Counted from the first letter of the whole stretch, positions 9,180 through 21,754 are shown. The stretch is DNA of 63,599 nt, filler included, from Octopus bimaculoides (GCF_001194135.2; 4 parts of 4 records of this genome joined end to end with filler, not necessarily neighbours in it); one strand, 5' to 3'. Translations and numbers: made by a program. The notes: generated from the sequence alone by a model not told the origin.

Positions 9180-12100
9180 GATTGACCGTTGACTGAACAC
9201 TATTCAATTTTTTTTCTCCGTGTTTTTTCTCCTTGTCTCCGTATTCTTTCTGTTGAAGNNNNNNNNNNNNNNNNNNNNNNNNNNNNNNNNNNNNNNNNNN
9301 NNNNNNNNNNNNNNNNNNNNNNNNNNNNNTATATATATATATATCTATATATATATATATATATATATAAGTTTTGAGATTTTCTAGCGAACATGATAAG
9401 AAAGTTCAAAACTAAGGTTTGAATTTTTATGCAAACTTGAACACTATATTAAAACATTCTGTTAAATGATAGTAATATGAGAGTATAACACTCATGTATG
9501 ATCTTCTCAGCATTTTACTTTGTCTCCTCTTTACAGGTTATACAAAGATCTGGTGACGGAAAAAATAGTAAACCTGAAAGCTTTATAAACAGTCGAATTA
9601 TAACTGCAAATATTCCAAAACAGCCCATATCTGACCTTGAAAATCCAATATCTATGTCCTTCAATTTATTATATAAGGTAATATCTAATTATCTAATTAT
9701 TCCTGCTGTTGTTGTTGTCATTGTTATTGATAATATTTCATCCAACGGTGATTTTTGGATCTTTCTGAAAGAAATATGATCCAATATGGTGGTAGCGGCG
9801 GTGGTGGCAGTGGTGGTAGACTTGAAAGTTTTTTTAGGATAGAATTGTATGTTTCTAATGTTGTGGTTGTTGCATAACTCTCCACTAACCCTGATCGAGC
9901 GCACCTATAATGACATGCATTTCAACAATGACCATCTCAACTTTTATTGTTATAATGTATTCAGATTTCCATTAAGCATGTCCTCCCGCTTTTGACCTTT
10001 TATATATAATTGTTTTATTGTATATCATTTATTTTTTTTTATTTGAATCTGTATATGAGGAAGAATAAGTCCAAATATTATTTTGGATCAGTTATTATTT
10101 ATTGTGAAGATATTGATAGAAACTAAAGTTACTGATAGTTAACGATAGAAAACTGGGATAACATCATGAACGAAGTATTTCGCGTTAGAAATAAGTGACA
10201 GATAACTCAGAGTACAGCGGGCGTATACTTTCATTCAAATATATATTTACTAGACATCTCTGCACGAAAATATACGGGATAATATGTTGAACGAAAACAT
10301 ATGGGATAATATGTTAAGGGGCTTAAATTTTATGGTGTACTTTGAGAGAGATCTGGCAGAAATTTCTGTCGGGTAAAGTGTTCTATTGTCTGTATATGTG
10401 CTAAGGTGTTTTGCCACATGTAGTGACAGAGAGTAGTTTGTTTAGTTGCGGCACCAAACTTGTCCTTAATTGTCCAATTGATATTTCATTGTTTCTTTGT
10501 TTCATTATATACGCGACCTTTGGTTGTGATTTCTCTGAAATCCTGTGAGGTTTAATAAAAAATATGCTATTTCATTTTTTTCATTTTATAGTGTTTTGTT
10601 ATAGAATCATTGGCGCCCCAGAATAATTAGCAAAATAGCTGATGGGAATGATATATTGTTTGTATAAAAGTGGTATTGTTTATTTCTTATAAATAATTGA
10701 GGGCCTAGCATGCTTTTAGTTTATTTGTATGTCGTTTTGCTTTATTGTGTCTTTCGTATGTGATGTGAATGAGTTAATCCTTGTTTTACTTGTTTTCAGT
10801 ATGCGTGATATGTATATATTGTAGAGTCTGGTCGATGATTATATATGATATTTTATGCCGACTCATGTTAGAAGAGTGGTGATGTATTTAATAAGTTTTC
10901 CTTTCAATTTATTTGTTAACATCTAGGCTCACAATTCGTTGTTTTGAGTCTGAAATATTTGGTAAATAACGGGAGAATGGGGGTAGTAATGATATCGTAT
11001 TTATTATAGGATTTCATATAGCCAACGTAAGAGTTCGAGCAGGTTATGTAGATTTAAGCTGAACTGCATTATATATATACAGAACTTGAATATATACAGA
11101 ACCAGAATATATACAGGTTCTGTATATATTATTATTGAACATTGTATAAACTTAGTGATCTGAGCGTATTTTGTGCCGCATTTAAATGTTTGTATTAAAT
11201 TATTAGTTTTTTTTTTTTATAAATAGATGTAGAAGAACGAATTCAAACCATTTACTGACCTCAGTGGCACAAAGAATGGTATATGAAATCCATTTTCTTT
11301 TTGTTTATTCCGTTTAATCTTCGGAATTATACGAGTATTTGTGGGGCTTTGTCCTGCCACTATGTTGGGAATTACGAGATCTAATCGTATCGTTATGATG
11401 TAAATCTCGTGTGTGGTGATGGAAATTTTTTTTTTAAACCATTAAATTTTAGGCCACTTTGGTTGTATTTTCTTATCTCCATTGTACTGTTTCTGTAGAA
11501 TGTATTGTCATTTTACTTTTTTTTTTTTTTAGCGTGTGGATTTTTCAAGAGTTTATTATGATGATCTTTGTCGCTGTTGCTTTTGCTGTTGTTTTGTTTT
11601 GTTTTTAGTTATTGTTTGTCTCTAGAGCATCCTTGCTCAAGCAGCTTAAGATGGAATACACATAGCAGTCGTGAACACTACGTCATTATATTTTAATTTC
11701 ATTTAAGGTATCTATGGGTGAATTAACTGATGTATCTTTTAAGAGTCTATCCTGTAATCTATGAGAATATACAGAGATTTATAAACGTGATGGAAACATC
11801 ACCTCGACTATGTCACAACTACTGGCGTGATTTGCAAAATGAGTAACAAGAGAAAACTAATGACTGTGGAAACCTTAGCAAAGACAATTCATAGTGACTA
11901 CACTTTGTTACAAAGTAATTCTATTACATTATCAGGCATTTAATTTCTTTTCAGAATGGTAGCAACTCACGGTGTGTTTTCTGGGATGACACCCCGGGAC
12001 ATAATCCTCATTGGTCAACAAGTGGTTGTAAAACTGAACGTAAAGAAAAAGTTTATTGTTCCTGTAACCACCTTACAAGTTTTGCAATATTAACGGTTTG

Positions 12101-14009
12101 TACAATTATGACTCGTTAATTACCTATAATTGTAAATGTCATATGTACGTATTAATGCAGTTTTCAAAGTGTGTCGGTAAATAAAAGAAAATACTTGTAC
12201 CTTCTTATTTTAAAACTTATTGCTGTTGCTGTAATTGTTTCTGCTTGTTATTCTTGATAACAAATAATATTTAATTTTGCATTTAATCTCGCATTTGTTT
12301 CTATTATCTAAATATTCATAGGTGACACATGCTATCGCATTTGTTGTCAAAATATAACAGCCCAAATGGCAAAGTTCAACAAGTACTGAGAACCCTATCA
12401 AAACGCCAGTTGTTGGTATCTTGTCAGTGGCAATCTACAGTGTCCTTGAACATACACATATTCTACAATACACAAAGTCTCCCTACATATACAATGATAC
12501 CACACTATATAACAAGTATAAGATACCATCATGAAGGTCTTATGATGCAATAACTGTTTTTAGTTACTTGGTGTTAAGTGAATGAGAAGTATGTGCTTCT
12601 GGGAGAGGACGACATATCTTAGTTAATATGTACTTTAATTGTAGCAGGTAGAATTAAGTGTACTGATAAAATATACAAAGAAATACTTTTAGCTAATTTG
12701 AACTCAAGACTTATAGATTAGTGATACATTTGTACATCTATTAAATCAACTCATATACATACCAGCATTATGAAAAAAGCTGAACTTTATATAAGAACTA
12801 ACTTTTGTTTGACATGTAATACAAGATGGTGAACGAATATATTGTTTCTAATGTAGGATACAGAAATCTACATCTTTTATACCAAACATAATTTGTATAA
12901 GTATTGACAAATACTAAACATATAAGAAAGAGGAGGAGCTAATATCTTGTTTGCTTCTATTGCAGGATGTCGACCAGAATGTCAAGTCATATTTTATATG
13001 CTATATTGGCTGTGGAATATCATTGTTCTTCCTCATCCTAACAATAATAGTTCATGCTCATTTCAAGTAAGCATTTTAATTTCTATTTTCATAAACTGTT
13101 CAAATACGGGAAGACAGTGGCCATCACTTCTCGAAGTCCTCCTAGATTGATAAGATCAATATGGCTGCTTTAGGTTGATATGCGGAGTGAAAAAGAAGAA
13201 AACAAACACATCAGCGAGGAGACAATTCTTGATGTTGCAACATATGTTTCAGTGTAGTATTTTGTGGGTGAGGTATGAGACAATGAGCGAGATTTATTGT
13301 GTGTGATTAAGCAGAGCTCCTATATAAGTAGGCAGGTATGTATGCTCGTGTTTGTATGTTCGTGTGTGTATGTCTATGGATATACGGAGAACATTATGTG
13401 ATATTTAATATCTGAGACTACCTAGGGTGCTTTAGTTCTGTTTTGTTTATGTTGAGAGAGAATGAAGTACAAAACTATTACAGTTATTAAGAAGTTATTA
13501 TGTATTGAACGAAATTAAGTTGTAATGTTCTTATTGGATGATATTTTCATAGTCTCCGCTCTTGAGATCAGTGTAAGATGGTTTGAAATGTCTAGGCTGT
13601 GTGTTTATGACACCCATGTGTAGATTCTTAAGAAGAGTTAAAGGGTGGTATCATCTCTTTAAAGTGTATACTTTATTCTGCCTTGCCTCGCTTTACCTCG
13701 TTGTCAAGAATATGATTCAGGTCAACTGAAGAATTTTCAGCTTCACACAGAATCCACAAAACGTATTGATTTAGCTTTCCATTTCTTAGTTACAATCTCA
13801 TTCAGCAACAGTGACGGCTGCTATGGCGGCGGTAGTGGCGACAGCAGTGGCCGTTGGAGGCGGCGGTAATGGCGGCGGTTGGAGGCGGCGGTGATGGCGG
13901 CGGTTGGAGGCGGCGGTGATGGCGGCGGTTGCGNNNNNNNNNNGGTGATTACCATAACAAACAAAAGTAGCCTAAAGGCACAACGCAGCATACATAATTA
14001 CTTCGCAAA

Positions 14010-14064
<55 letters not shown>

Positions 14065-16450
14065 GTGAAATATAAACGAAACACAAACTCTCACGCACAC
14101 ACCATGTTGCAGTGTTTAGTCCAACTAATCGATCTTAGTACTTATTTTTGATGTTTGGTACTTATTCCAGAGCTGCAAACTTACAGGGAGGTAAACAAAC
14201 CAGTACCGGTTGTCAAGTGATGAGAAGGACAACCAGAAACGCAAAGACACACACACACATGTATGCACATGCATACACACACACATAGATATATATACAT
14301 ACATACTTACATATACGAAGTGCTTCCACACAGTTTCCATCTACAAAAACACACTACCATATTTGTGCCTGTATCTTTATACATGTGTGAGTGCGTGCGG
14401 GTGAACACGTGTAGATGTATATGTATGCATGGATGTTTGCATGCATGTATGTATGTATGTATGTATGTATGTATGTATGAATGCATGTACGTATGTATGT
14501 CAATATTCACTTTTATTTCAAGATTCTTTTGTCAATACAGAAAGAATTGGTTTCTAACTTAGATCCAAGACTCCTTCACTGGGATTTCACCATCAACAAC
14601 AGGGTATTTTTGTATGTATGTACGTATGTATGTATGTATAGTGTAGATTTGTATGTTTTATTTTATGTATGTCTTCTCACGCATATACTTGCATATCTAG
14701 ACATACTCATATATACTTAATTGATAAACTTCCGGAAAGTTTTATAAATGTTTACAGTTCCAGTGATAGATTGGATCTGTAGTCTTCGAATTTGCTTTCT
14801 CTTTTCTGGTTTTGACAAACCTAATTTCTCAAGATTGGTATTTATACACTGTGCTACATATCCAGTGCCCCGATAATTACAGATATAAACCTGAACCTGT
14901 AATCTGGATAGAGTAACTGCAGGTTTTTCAGTAGTTCAATGTAGGTATTCTCTTTGTCCCTGTATGGATGTCATTATTCAGTTTATTTCAAGATTTCTTG
15001 TCAATAGAGAAAGAACCGATTTCTAACCTAGATCCAAGGCTTCTTCACTGGAAGTTCAACGTCAACAACAGGGTATTTTTGTTTGTCTGAATGTATGTAT
15101 GTATGTATGTATGTATGTATGTATGTATGTGCAGATTTGTATGTTTTATGTATGTATTATCATGCATATAGTTGCATGTCTAAACATGCTCATACATATA
15201 AGTATGTATTTATGTATGCACGTACGTATGTATCTACGTGTGTAAGTATGTATGCATTCCATATGCCTACTGTTATATAGCTCGCTGCAATTATTAATGT
15301 ATTAATTTAATGTATTGATTGATTTCTTAGAATTCCATGCTTCTCTAAATGCAAATGCTATTGCTCATTTTTTTCTTTACTTCAGAAATCTATGGAAAAT
15401 AACTCCTTCAAAGATTCTTGTAAACTTATGCGGTTCTTTAGCTATAACTCATCTTATAGTTCTTGTTGGGATGCGGCCAGGAAAAACCAATGCTATTTGT
15501 AAGGTAGGTGAAATTATGTAGAGGACACGTTAAACCTGTACATATTTGTCGTTATTAACAACAATATTACTAACTGAAACTGACATTAATTGAATTATCG
15601 CCGTCAGAAATAGGAATGTCCATTGAATAGTGGCAAAAACTTTAGTTATCAGATTTAGCACTGTTCCACTCAGATTTAGCACTGTTCCACTCGGATTTAA
15701 CACTTTACCTCTGTTCCACTAAATATTCATCAATTTTATAACCATCGATTCTCCTTCCTATTTTTAGCTATTTACCGTTAGGAGTGTACAGTTGTTGAGA
15801 AATAAGTTTCTTGATAACTTGTATCTCAATACGTGAATTTGGCAGGATTAAAACGGATAATATACGGGCTGCATTTTAATAATGAATTCATTCGGTTGCC
15901 TGCGGCACGTGCATCTTTAAGTTAAGGGCCCCAACTATAAGGTTGACAGAATCGTTAGAGCATCGAAGAAAATTACTTGCGGTATTTAAATGCGTTATTC
16001 TATGTTCTAAGCTGAAATTCCACCAAAGTCACCGTTTCCTTTCTACACTCCTACACCACCGCCACCCTACCCTGAATCAATGAAATGCATTCACAAGCAA
16101 GCACTAGGTTCGATTACTCCTACTACATCCTTTTCACAAATCTCAGGGTTTGTGGGGTTTCTAAGGGAAAAAATTACTATTGTTATTGTGAGAAATGTTT
16201 GTTACTGTTGCTGCTGTTGTTACTGCTGTTGTTACTGTTGTTGATTTTGCTGTTGTAGGGAGTGGCTATTCTGTTGCACTATTTCCTTATTGCGTCCGCC
16301 ATGTGGATAACTGTAGAAGCTCTACATATTTGCCAAGCTTTGATTGCTACATTTAGAGCATGCCAAAGATCTTTTATGATGAAGAGTTCAATTTTCGCTT
16401 GGGGTATGTATAACCGTCGTCCATTTATCTTTCTGTGGCTCACGTTTACT

Positions 16451-16496
<46 letters not shown>

Positions 16497-17582
16497 TACA
16501 CTCAGACATACATACCTTCTTCCTTTGTAATTAATTTGTATTTGTGCATTAATTGATTGAGAAATTTCAGCCGAACAAAGACTGACTAGACATGACTAAT
16601 CTCTCTTTTGAGACGTAATCTACATTATCCAATTTCTCCTTCCATTTTTAAAGAGAATGATGCTTGATATATTTAATTGTTGTTTCCAGCTGATCGAATA
16701 ACTATACGGAGGTCCCCTCATATTAATATTTGCACCGTTGTCATGAATGGGAAAAAAAATAAACGTATATTATATTTGGAGAGTTTCACGTGAAGAATTT
16801 TTGTCTTAAGCTGGAAAACAATGAAGTCAGTTGGCCAAATATTTTATTTGTTAAAAATGGGAATAAGAATTTAGTCTTCACATGTCAATCAAGTATAGAA
16901 ATAGATGATCAATTTAACTCTAGAGAGAAAATTTCTTTCGTAAACATACATTATTTAATCAAATAAAATATTAATTTTTGTTCAATTAGATATGACTAAA
17001 TTTTTTGTTTTGTTTTTTTCTGAACAAGAGTATAGTAAACTGAAACGATTCAAATTGATCAGTTTTCATGATTTTAAATATAGATTGATATCTACTTATA
17101 ATCATTAATACATACGTACATATATTATAATTATCAGGTGTGCCAGGCATCATTCTCATGCTTACTCTGATAATCACCAAAACAAACAGCTACATCAGAA
17201 TTACAACAGTGTAAGTGTTTCTGCCTTTTATTTGTCTTATTTTCTCTGTACTTTAGAACTGATATTTTACAAGATCTCGTATAATATTTTAGAGTTCTGT
17301 ATAATGAGCGTTAAAGTCAAATTGATCTAAGACCTTCGGTCATGAATAATCAGAAGACTGCACCTAGAAAGTTCCTTTCCGAAGCAGAAGTCCAGACAAG
17401 TTCGTTTATATATATATATATATATATATATATCATTAATTAAATATATTCTGTTAGGATATTATACACTAAATCTATAACGATCGTAAGATGCATTGAT
17501 TTTTAAACTGTCATGTTTCATATATTTACATATATTTTTAATACAATACTATTTTAGACATATATATCTTCGTAAGAATACA

Positions 17583-17623
<41 letters not shown>

Positions 17624-20293
17624 ATTAAGGGATCAGCAACAGTTGCTTCACCACATACCGAAATTTAGAAATAGCAGTTAATATATATGATGGAATCTCA
17701 AGTCGAGGACGACGTAGGAATGTTTAACTTTTTGCAGAACGACCTGCAGAGAAAATTTGTTTAGTTTGGTGTTGAAGTGATTGCAGAGCAGCATGAGATG
17801 AAGTGTTTTGCTCAAGAGCACAATGCACCACCCGGCCTAGGAATTGAAACCGCGATCTCACAACCATGAGTGCAACACCCTAACTACTAAGCCATACATA
17901 CATACATACATACATACATACATACATACATACATACATGAACTGCCTCAACAAAAACCTGGAAAAATTAGGGTTCTCAAAACCTGAAAGAAAAAGGCTG
18001 ATTAGAAGACTACAGATTCAAGCCATCACTGGAACTGTAAAGATATGTAAAACTTTCCAAAAATTTAGCACATAAATACATATGCATGCATCTAGACATA
18101 AAAACGCATCCATAAAACAAACATACAAATCTGCGCATACACTAACACCAAATACTGCACACACACATATGCACAAATACTTAGATGATGTTGATAAAAG
18201 TTCCAATGAAGGAGCCTTGAATCTATGTTAGAGTCCGGCTCTTTCTCTATGGACAAGAAATACAGAAATGAAACTGATTGATAACATATATATTTACATA
18301 CATAGTGCACCTGAGCACTATATACAACAATTTCTTTCATATTATACATATATTATACGTAAAACAAGAATTTTGTATATTTCAACATTTGACTCCATTT
18401 TTACTTTTTTATTAATTAATTTCTATAAGATTCCTCTCACTATCATTCTATTAGATAAAAGTTGAAAATAAATTAAGGATTAAAATAATTAAAAACATGT
18501 TAATCTCAGATAATTACTGTAAGCATCTGCCATAATTTCATGTTTGAAATATTTTTTCTATTTTTCTAGCTGCTGGTTATCCCAGACACCTTTCTACGTT
18601 TCTTTCCTGTTTCCCATGGGGCTTATCCTTGTCTTTAGTCTCATCGTATTACTTCTCATTATCGGACGCCTCTTCTCAATGAAAAAGGAGAAGAAATGTG
18701 AACAAAAAACAAGAAAATTTCGTCTTTTTGGCATCGTTAGTGTGTTGTTCCTGTTTGGTGCTTCGTGGGCCTTAGCATTCTATACCTTTTTTGGTGGAGG
18801 AGCCACCGTGCTTATATATATCTGCGCAATCTTCCATGCACTTCAAGGACTGTTTATCTTCATATTCTATTGTGCATGTGATAAACATGCTCGAAATGTA
18901 ATCTGCTCGAATTCATGTCATAAAAAGAAATACGTATTGAATAAAGATTCCCAGAACAACTCAGGTAAGTGCAATTTCTACTTTCTTACCTGTACCACAA
19001 CCCCAGTTGCTACAACAACCACCAACACCGTCTTTGTCATTGTCTTAATAGTCATCAGAAATATTACTCTTGTACCATCGGCACGAGTCATTATGGTCGT
19101 CTTTATAAACATCATTGCATCCCTACATCAGCTACCATAAGGATCATCTTAACTGTTCATGGCAAGAACAAATTGCATATTATAGTGTATGCACTTCAAT
19201 TTTAAAGAAGCGTAACCCCTCTGATCTAATCAAATATGGATTTATCGCACTCACTTTCCAGTATGTCAGCCGTTTCTCAAGTCAGATTTACTGTAAGAAC
19301 CTTTAAGGTGGCCCGCTTTAAGGTGGCCCCTATGGTTAGTTATTTGGGGATAAAGTATGTTTTGGTTCTCTTAAGGATTAAAACATATTTTATCTCGAAA
19401 TAACTAACCATAGGCAAATTTTAAGCAAGTCTCTCAACGGAACTTTGTTCTCACATCTGGGTTGCTGCTACTGCTCTGACTGACAGCCACCCAAGACCGC
19501 ATTCAAAAGCAGGCCACTCAGCTGTTGTGCATGATGTCGTTTACCTTCACGCTTCATCAGGTTCACAAAGCTGTTGTCGCCTTCATTTCTGCCTTTTTTA
19601 CCACTACTGCGATAGAGAAATCAGAACTCCGGTATAATACCAACAAATTGAGCTGACAGATAACTCCCGAAATATTCATCAATAACCACACAGAGCTTCT
19701 TCCCACCAAAGAACCTGTCTTTGCGTACGATGATCATATTAGAGATTTGAACTGCAAACTGTCTAGTAGACTAATAAATCCTACATTGACAGAATACGCA
19801 TGGCCATTGAATACACTCTTTATAAAAAAAATAATACCACGAAGTAAAAAAAAAACGAAGAAATAAACTTCACTTCTCACCCTTTTGAAATTTTACAAAC
19901 GAGGCAGTTAAATGGTTTAAGGTAATCCCTGATAAAAGCATTTGTGACTGTTACATAGACCAAGGTACCAACTTAGAGGAGGGAAATGATAGGTCGACAA
20001 ACAGCGTTAGTCAAATGGAGTTTGGAGAGGAATTAGACGATGAAGGTATGTAGTGTGTAGTCGATGATGTTGATGGCTGTAGGACGGAGGAGGAAGAAGA
20101 GTTGACGTATGGTGGTGAACATGAGTTACTGGCTGATATCAGACGGTAAAGGATAACTTGTATTAAATAAAATATTAACAAAATTCTAGATTATATCTAT
20201 TTTCTCGTTTTACTTCCAGGTGAAAATCCTGATAATGAAACAGGTGTGAAATATAGGAATTCAGAAGATAAAATAGCTGAAGTAAAGTTATAA
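8305..20293 (+). CDS. Adhesion GPCR (ADGRG/GPR64-GPR112-GPR126-like), 5'-partial; join(8305-8445,9537-9677,11955-12095,12966-13066,15386-15503,16259-16403,17138-17210,18570-18964,20220-20293); 442 aa
   Basis: Nine exons with canonical AG/GT ends and consistent phases (0,0,0,0,2,0,1,2,1). They splice into one stop-free frame giving GAIN strands, GPS (CVFWD..W..SGC..C.CNHL|TSFAIL), seven hydrophobic helices with family motifs (YIGCGIS, LHYFL..W...EALH, WGVP, CWL, LQGLFIFIFYC) and TAA at 20291-20293. Confidence 0.93.
8661..8697 (-). ncRNA. Degenerate minimal hammerhead ribozyme relic
   Basis: The minus strand reads gtat CAGATGA A GT tt AC GAAAC AGCT GTA accatac: U4>A core change, palindromic stem III (ACAGCTGT), GUA triplet; stem I is disrupted next to a SINE. 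Confidence 0.4.
8696..8892 (-). mobile_element. SINE family B, in an aGPCR intron
   Basis: Reverse complement of the 4168 copy. Confidence 0.85.
9537..9677 (+). CDS. aGPCR exon, GAIN (VIQRSG...INSRIITANI...DLENPISMSF..K)
   Basis: Acceptor tctcctctttacag, donor AAG|gtaata, 141 nt, phase 0/0; NS.II.A and L..PI...F GAIN motifs. Confidence 0.9.
11955..12095 (+). CDS. aGPCR GPS exon (NGSNSRCVFWDDTPGHNPHWSTSGCKTERKEKVYCSCNHLTSFAILT)
   Basis: Acceptor tttcttttcag, donor ACG|gtttgt; complete GPS Cys/Trp pattern and HL|T cleavage site. Not in the ORF track (too short). Confidence 0.95.
12966..13066 (+). CDS. aGPCR TM1 exon (DVDQNVKSYFICYIGCGISLFFLILTIIVHAHF)
   Basis: Acceptor cttctattgcag, donor AA|gtaagc, phase 0/2; YIGCGIS motif. 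Confidence 0.9.
14505..15205 (+). repeat. Unclassified interspersed repeat X, two direct copies (14505-14835, 14975-15205)
   Basis: Both copies carry gatt..ttgtcaata.agaaagaa..g.tttctaac.tagatccaag.ct.cttcactgg. Confidence 0.85.
15386..15503 (+). CDS. aGPCR TM2 exon (NLWKITPSKILVNLCGSLAITHLIVLVGM...AICK)
   Basis: Acceptor ttctttacttcag, donor AAG|gtaggt, phase 2/0; PSKILVNLC motif and the ECL1/TM3 cysteine. Confidence 0.92.
15650..15720. repeat. 21-bp minisatellite (AGATTTAGCACTGTTCCACTC) x about 3
   Basis: Tandem units directly visible. Confidence 0.85.
16259..16403 (+). CDS. aGPCR TM3-TM4 exon (GVAILLHYFLIASAMWITVEALHIC...IFAW)
   Basis: Acceptor tttgctgttgtag, donor TGGG|gtatgt, phase 0/1; LHYFL..W...EA.H motif. 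Confidence 0.93.
17138..17210 (+). CDS. aGPCR TM4 exon (GVPGIILMLTLIITKTNSYIRITTV)
   Basis: Acceptor taattatcag, donor GT|gtaagt, phase 1/2; completes WGVP. Confidence 0.9.
17960..18277 (-). repeat. Repeat X, inverted copy (about 320 bp)
   Basis: The reverse complement aligns over all sub-blocks of 14505-14835 at roughly 75-80% by eye. Confidence 0.85.
18570..18964 (+). CDS. aGPCR ECL2-TM5-TM6-TM7 exon (CWLSQTPFYVSFLFP...LQGLFIFIFYC...NNS)
   Basis: Acceptor ctatttttctag, donor CAG|gtaagt, phase 2/1; matches the core of ORF 18544..19140. Confidence 0.95.
19440..19670 (+). mobile_element. Degraded CR1/L2-type LINE ORF2 C-terminal fragment in the last aGPCR intron
   Basis: Frameshifted pieces CSHIWVAA, DRIQKQATQL and CLFYHY match the YCSHIW..LDRIQ..A..LFY.YY pattern of CR1/L2-group ORF2. 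Confidence 0.55.
20220..20293 (+). CDS. aGPCR terminal exon (GENPDNETGVKYRNSEDKIAEVKL*)
   Basis: Strong acceptor tttctcgttttacttccag, phase 1 matches the previous exon, stop TAA. AATAAA at about 20558 and 20608 downstream. Confidence 0.7.
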
Positions 20294-20840
20294 AAGAATA
20301 TTTTTTAAAATACCTTTGAGAATTATTTTTCATCGCTTGTTTAGTAACATGATTAAACATTTTTCCCTTATATAATGTGAAACTTATTTCTAAATATATA
20401 CAAGATTATACAAGTGAGAGCCTGAATAATCGGCAATGTGCTTTAGCAAGATTCAATAAGTTATTTGTTGACTGAAACATAAAAATATCTTGCTTTGAAA
20501 CATTATGTACTAGTTGCCAATGTGATTATTAACCCATTCAATGAAATCTTTAAAATTAATAAAGGTATACTATTCGTGTCCTGCTTGTTGTTTCTGCATA
20601 TTCCGAACAATAAATTATAATAAAACCAATTTAAATGTTGACATCCTTGAATTACTATTGTTGTTGAGTTTTCATTGAATTTTTCAGAAGGATTTATAAA
20701 AAGTATTGTGAAACTTTAAGCAACCAAACCATATCAGAGTCAAGTAATTGCTAAATTCCATTATCTTGTTCTAACAGTGAAGTTAAATAAGTCTCCACTG
20801 GTGGTAAATATACTAGATTCATAGAAGCCATTTATATATA

Positions 20841-20875
<35 letters not shown>

Positions 20876-21693
20876 NNNNNNNNNNNNNNNNNNNNNNNNN
20901 NNNNNNNNNNNNNNNNNNNNNNNNNNNNNNNNNNNNNNNNNNNNNNNNNNNNNNNNNNNNNNNNNNNNNNNNNNNNNNNNNNNNNNNNNNNNNNNNNNNN
21001 NNNNNNNNNNNNNNNNNNNNNNNNNNNNNNNNNNNNNNNNNNNNNNNNNNNNNNNNNNNNNNNNNNNNNNNNNNNNNNNNNNNNNNNNNNNNNNNNNNNN
21101 NNNNNNNNNNNNNNNNNNNNNNNNNNNNNNNNNNNNNNNNNNNNNNNNNNNNNNNNNNNNNNNNNNNNNNNNNNNNNNNNNNNNNNNNNNNNNNNNNNNN
21201 NNNNNNNNNNNNNNNNNNNNNNNNNNNNNNNNNNNNNNNNNNNNNNNNNNNNNNNNNNNNATATATATATATATATACTGGAAGGTTTGGAGGGGATGGA
21301 CAGGAATTATATATTGGAAAAAATAATAAGGTACTCAGATATCTGCATGGTTGTACATTTACAGATTTTTATTAATATGTCACATGTTTTTAAATATTAG
21401 CGCTTGCACCTATTCTTGTAGGTTCTTCAAAATAGGATTTGAGAGAAATATATTTTGAAATTTTAAATTTTGAAATATATTTTGAAGAACCTACAAGAAT
21501 AAGTGCAAGCCCTAATATTTATAAAACATGTAACATATTCATAAAAATCTGTATATATGTATGTATATATGTATGTGTACATATATGCATTAATATATAT
21601 GTATGCATATATATATGTGTATGTATATATATGTATGTATATATATATATGTGTGTGTGTATGTATATACAGATGTGTATGCATATATGTATG

Positions 21694-21754
<61 letters not shown>

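Noticed and set aside
10300-11420. Possible very old LINE RT debris on the minus strand (LLYKQYIIPI...); similar at 13140-13300
   Set aside because: Only scattered short motif resemblances.
15650-15720. Short repeat array as CRISPR
   Set aside because: Units are contiguous with no spacers; eukaryotic context and no cas genes.
18965-19140. Read-through extension of ORF 18544..19140 as the receptor C-tail
   Set aside because: The consensus donor CAG|gtaagt at 18964 and a phase-matched terminal exon at 20220 explain the end better; the extension is low-complexity intron sequence.
19530-19560. Minus-strand CTGATGAAGC...AAAC (similar hits at about 8020 and 34828) as hammerheads
   Set aside because: Stems III/I are absent, and two of the hits lie inside LINE coding remnants.
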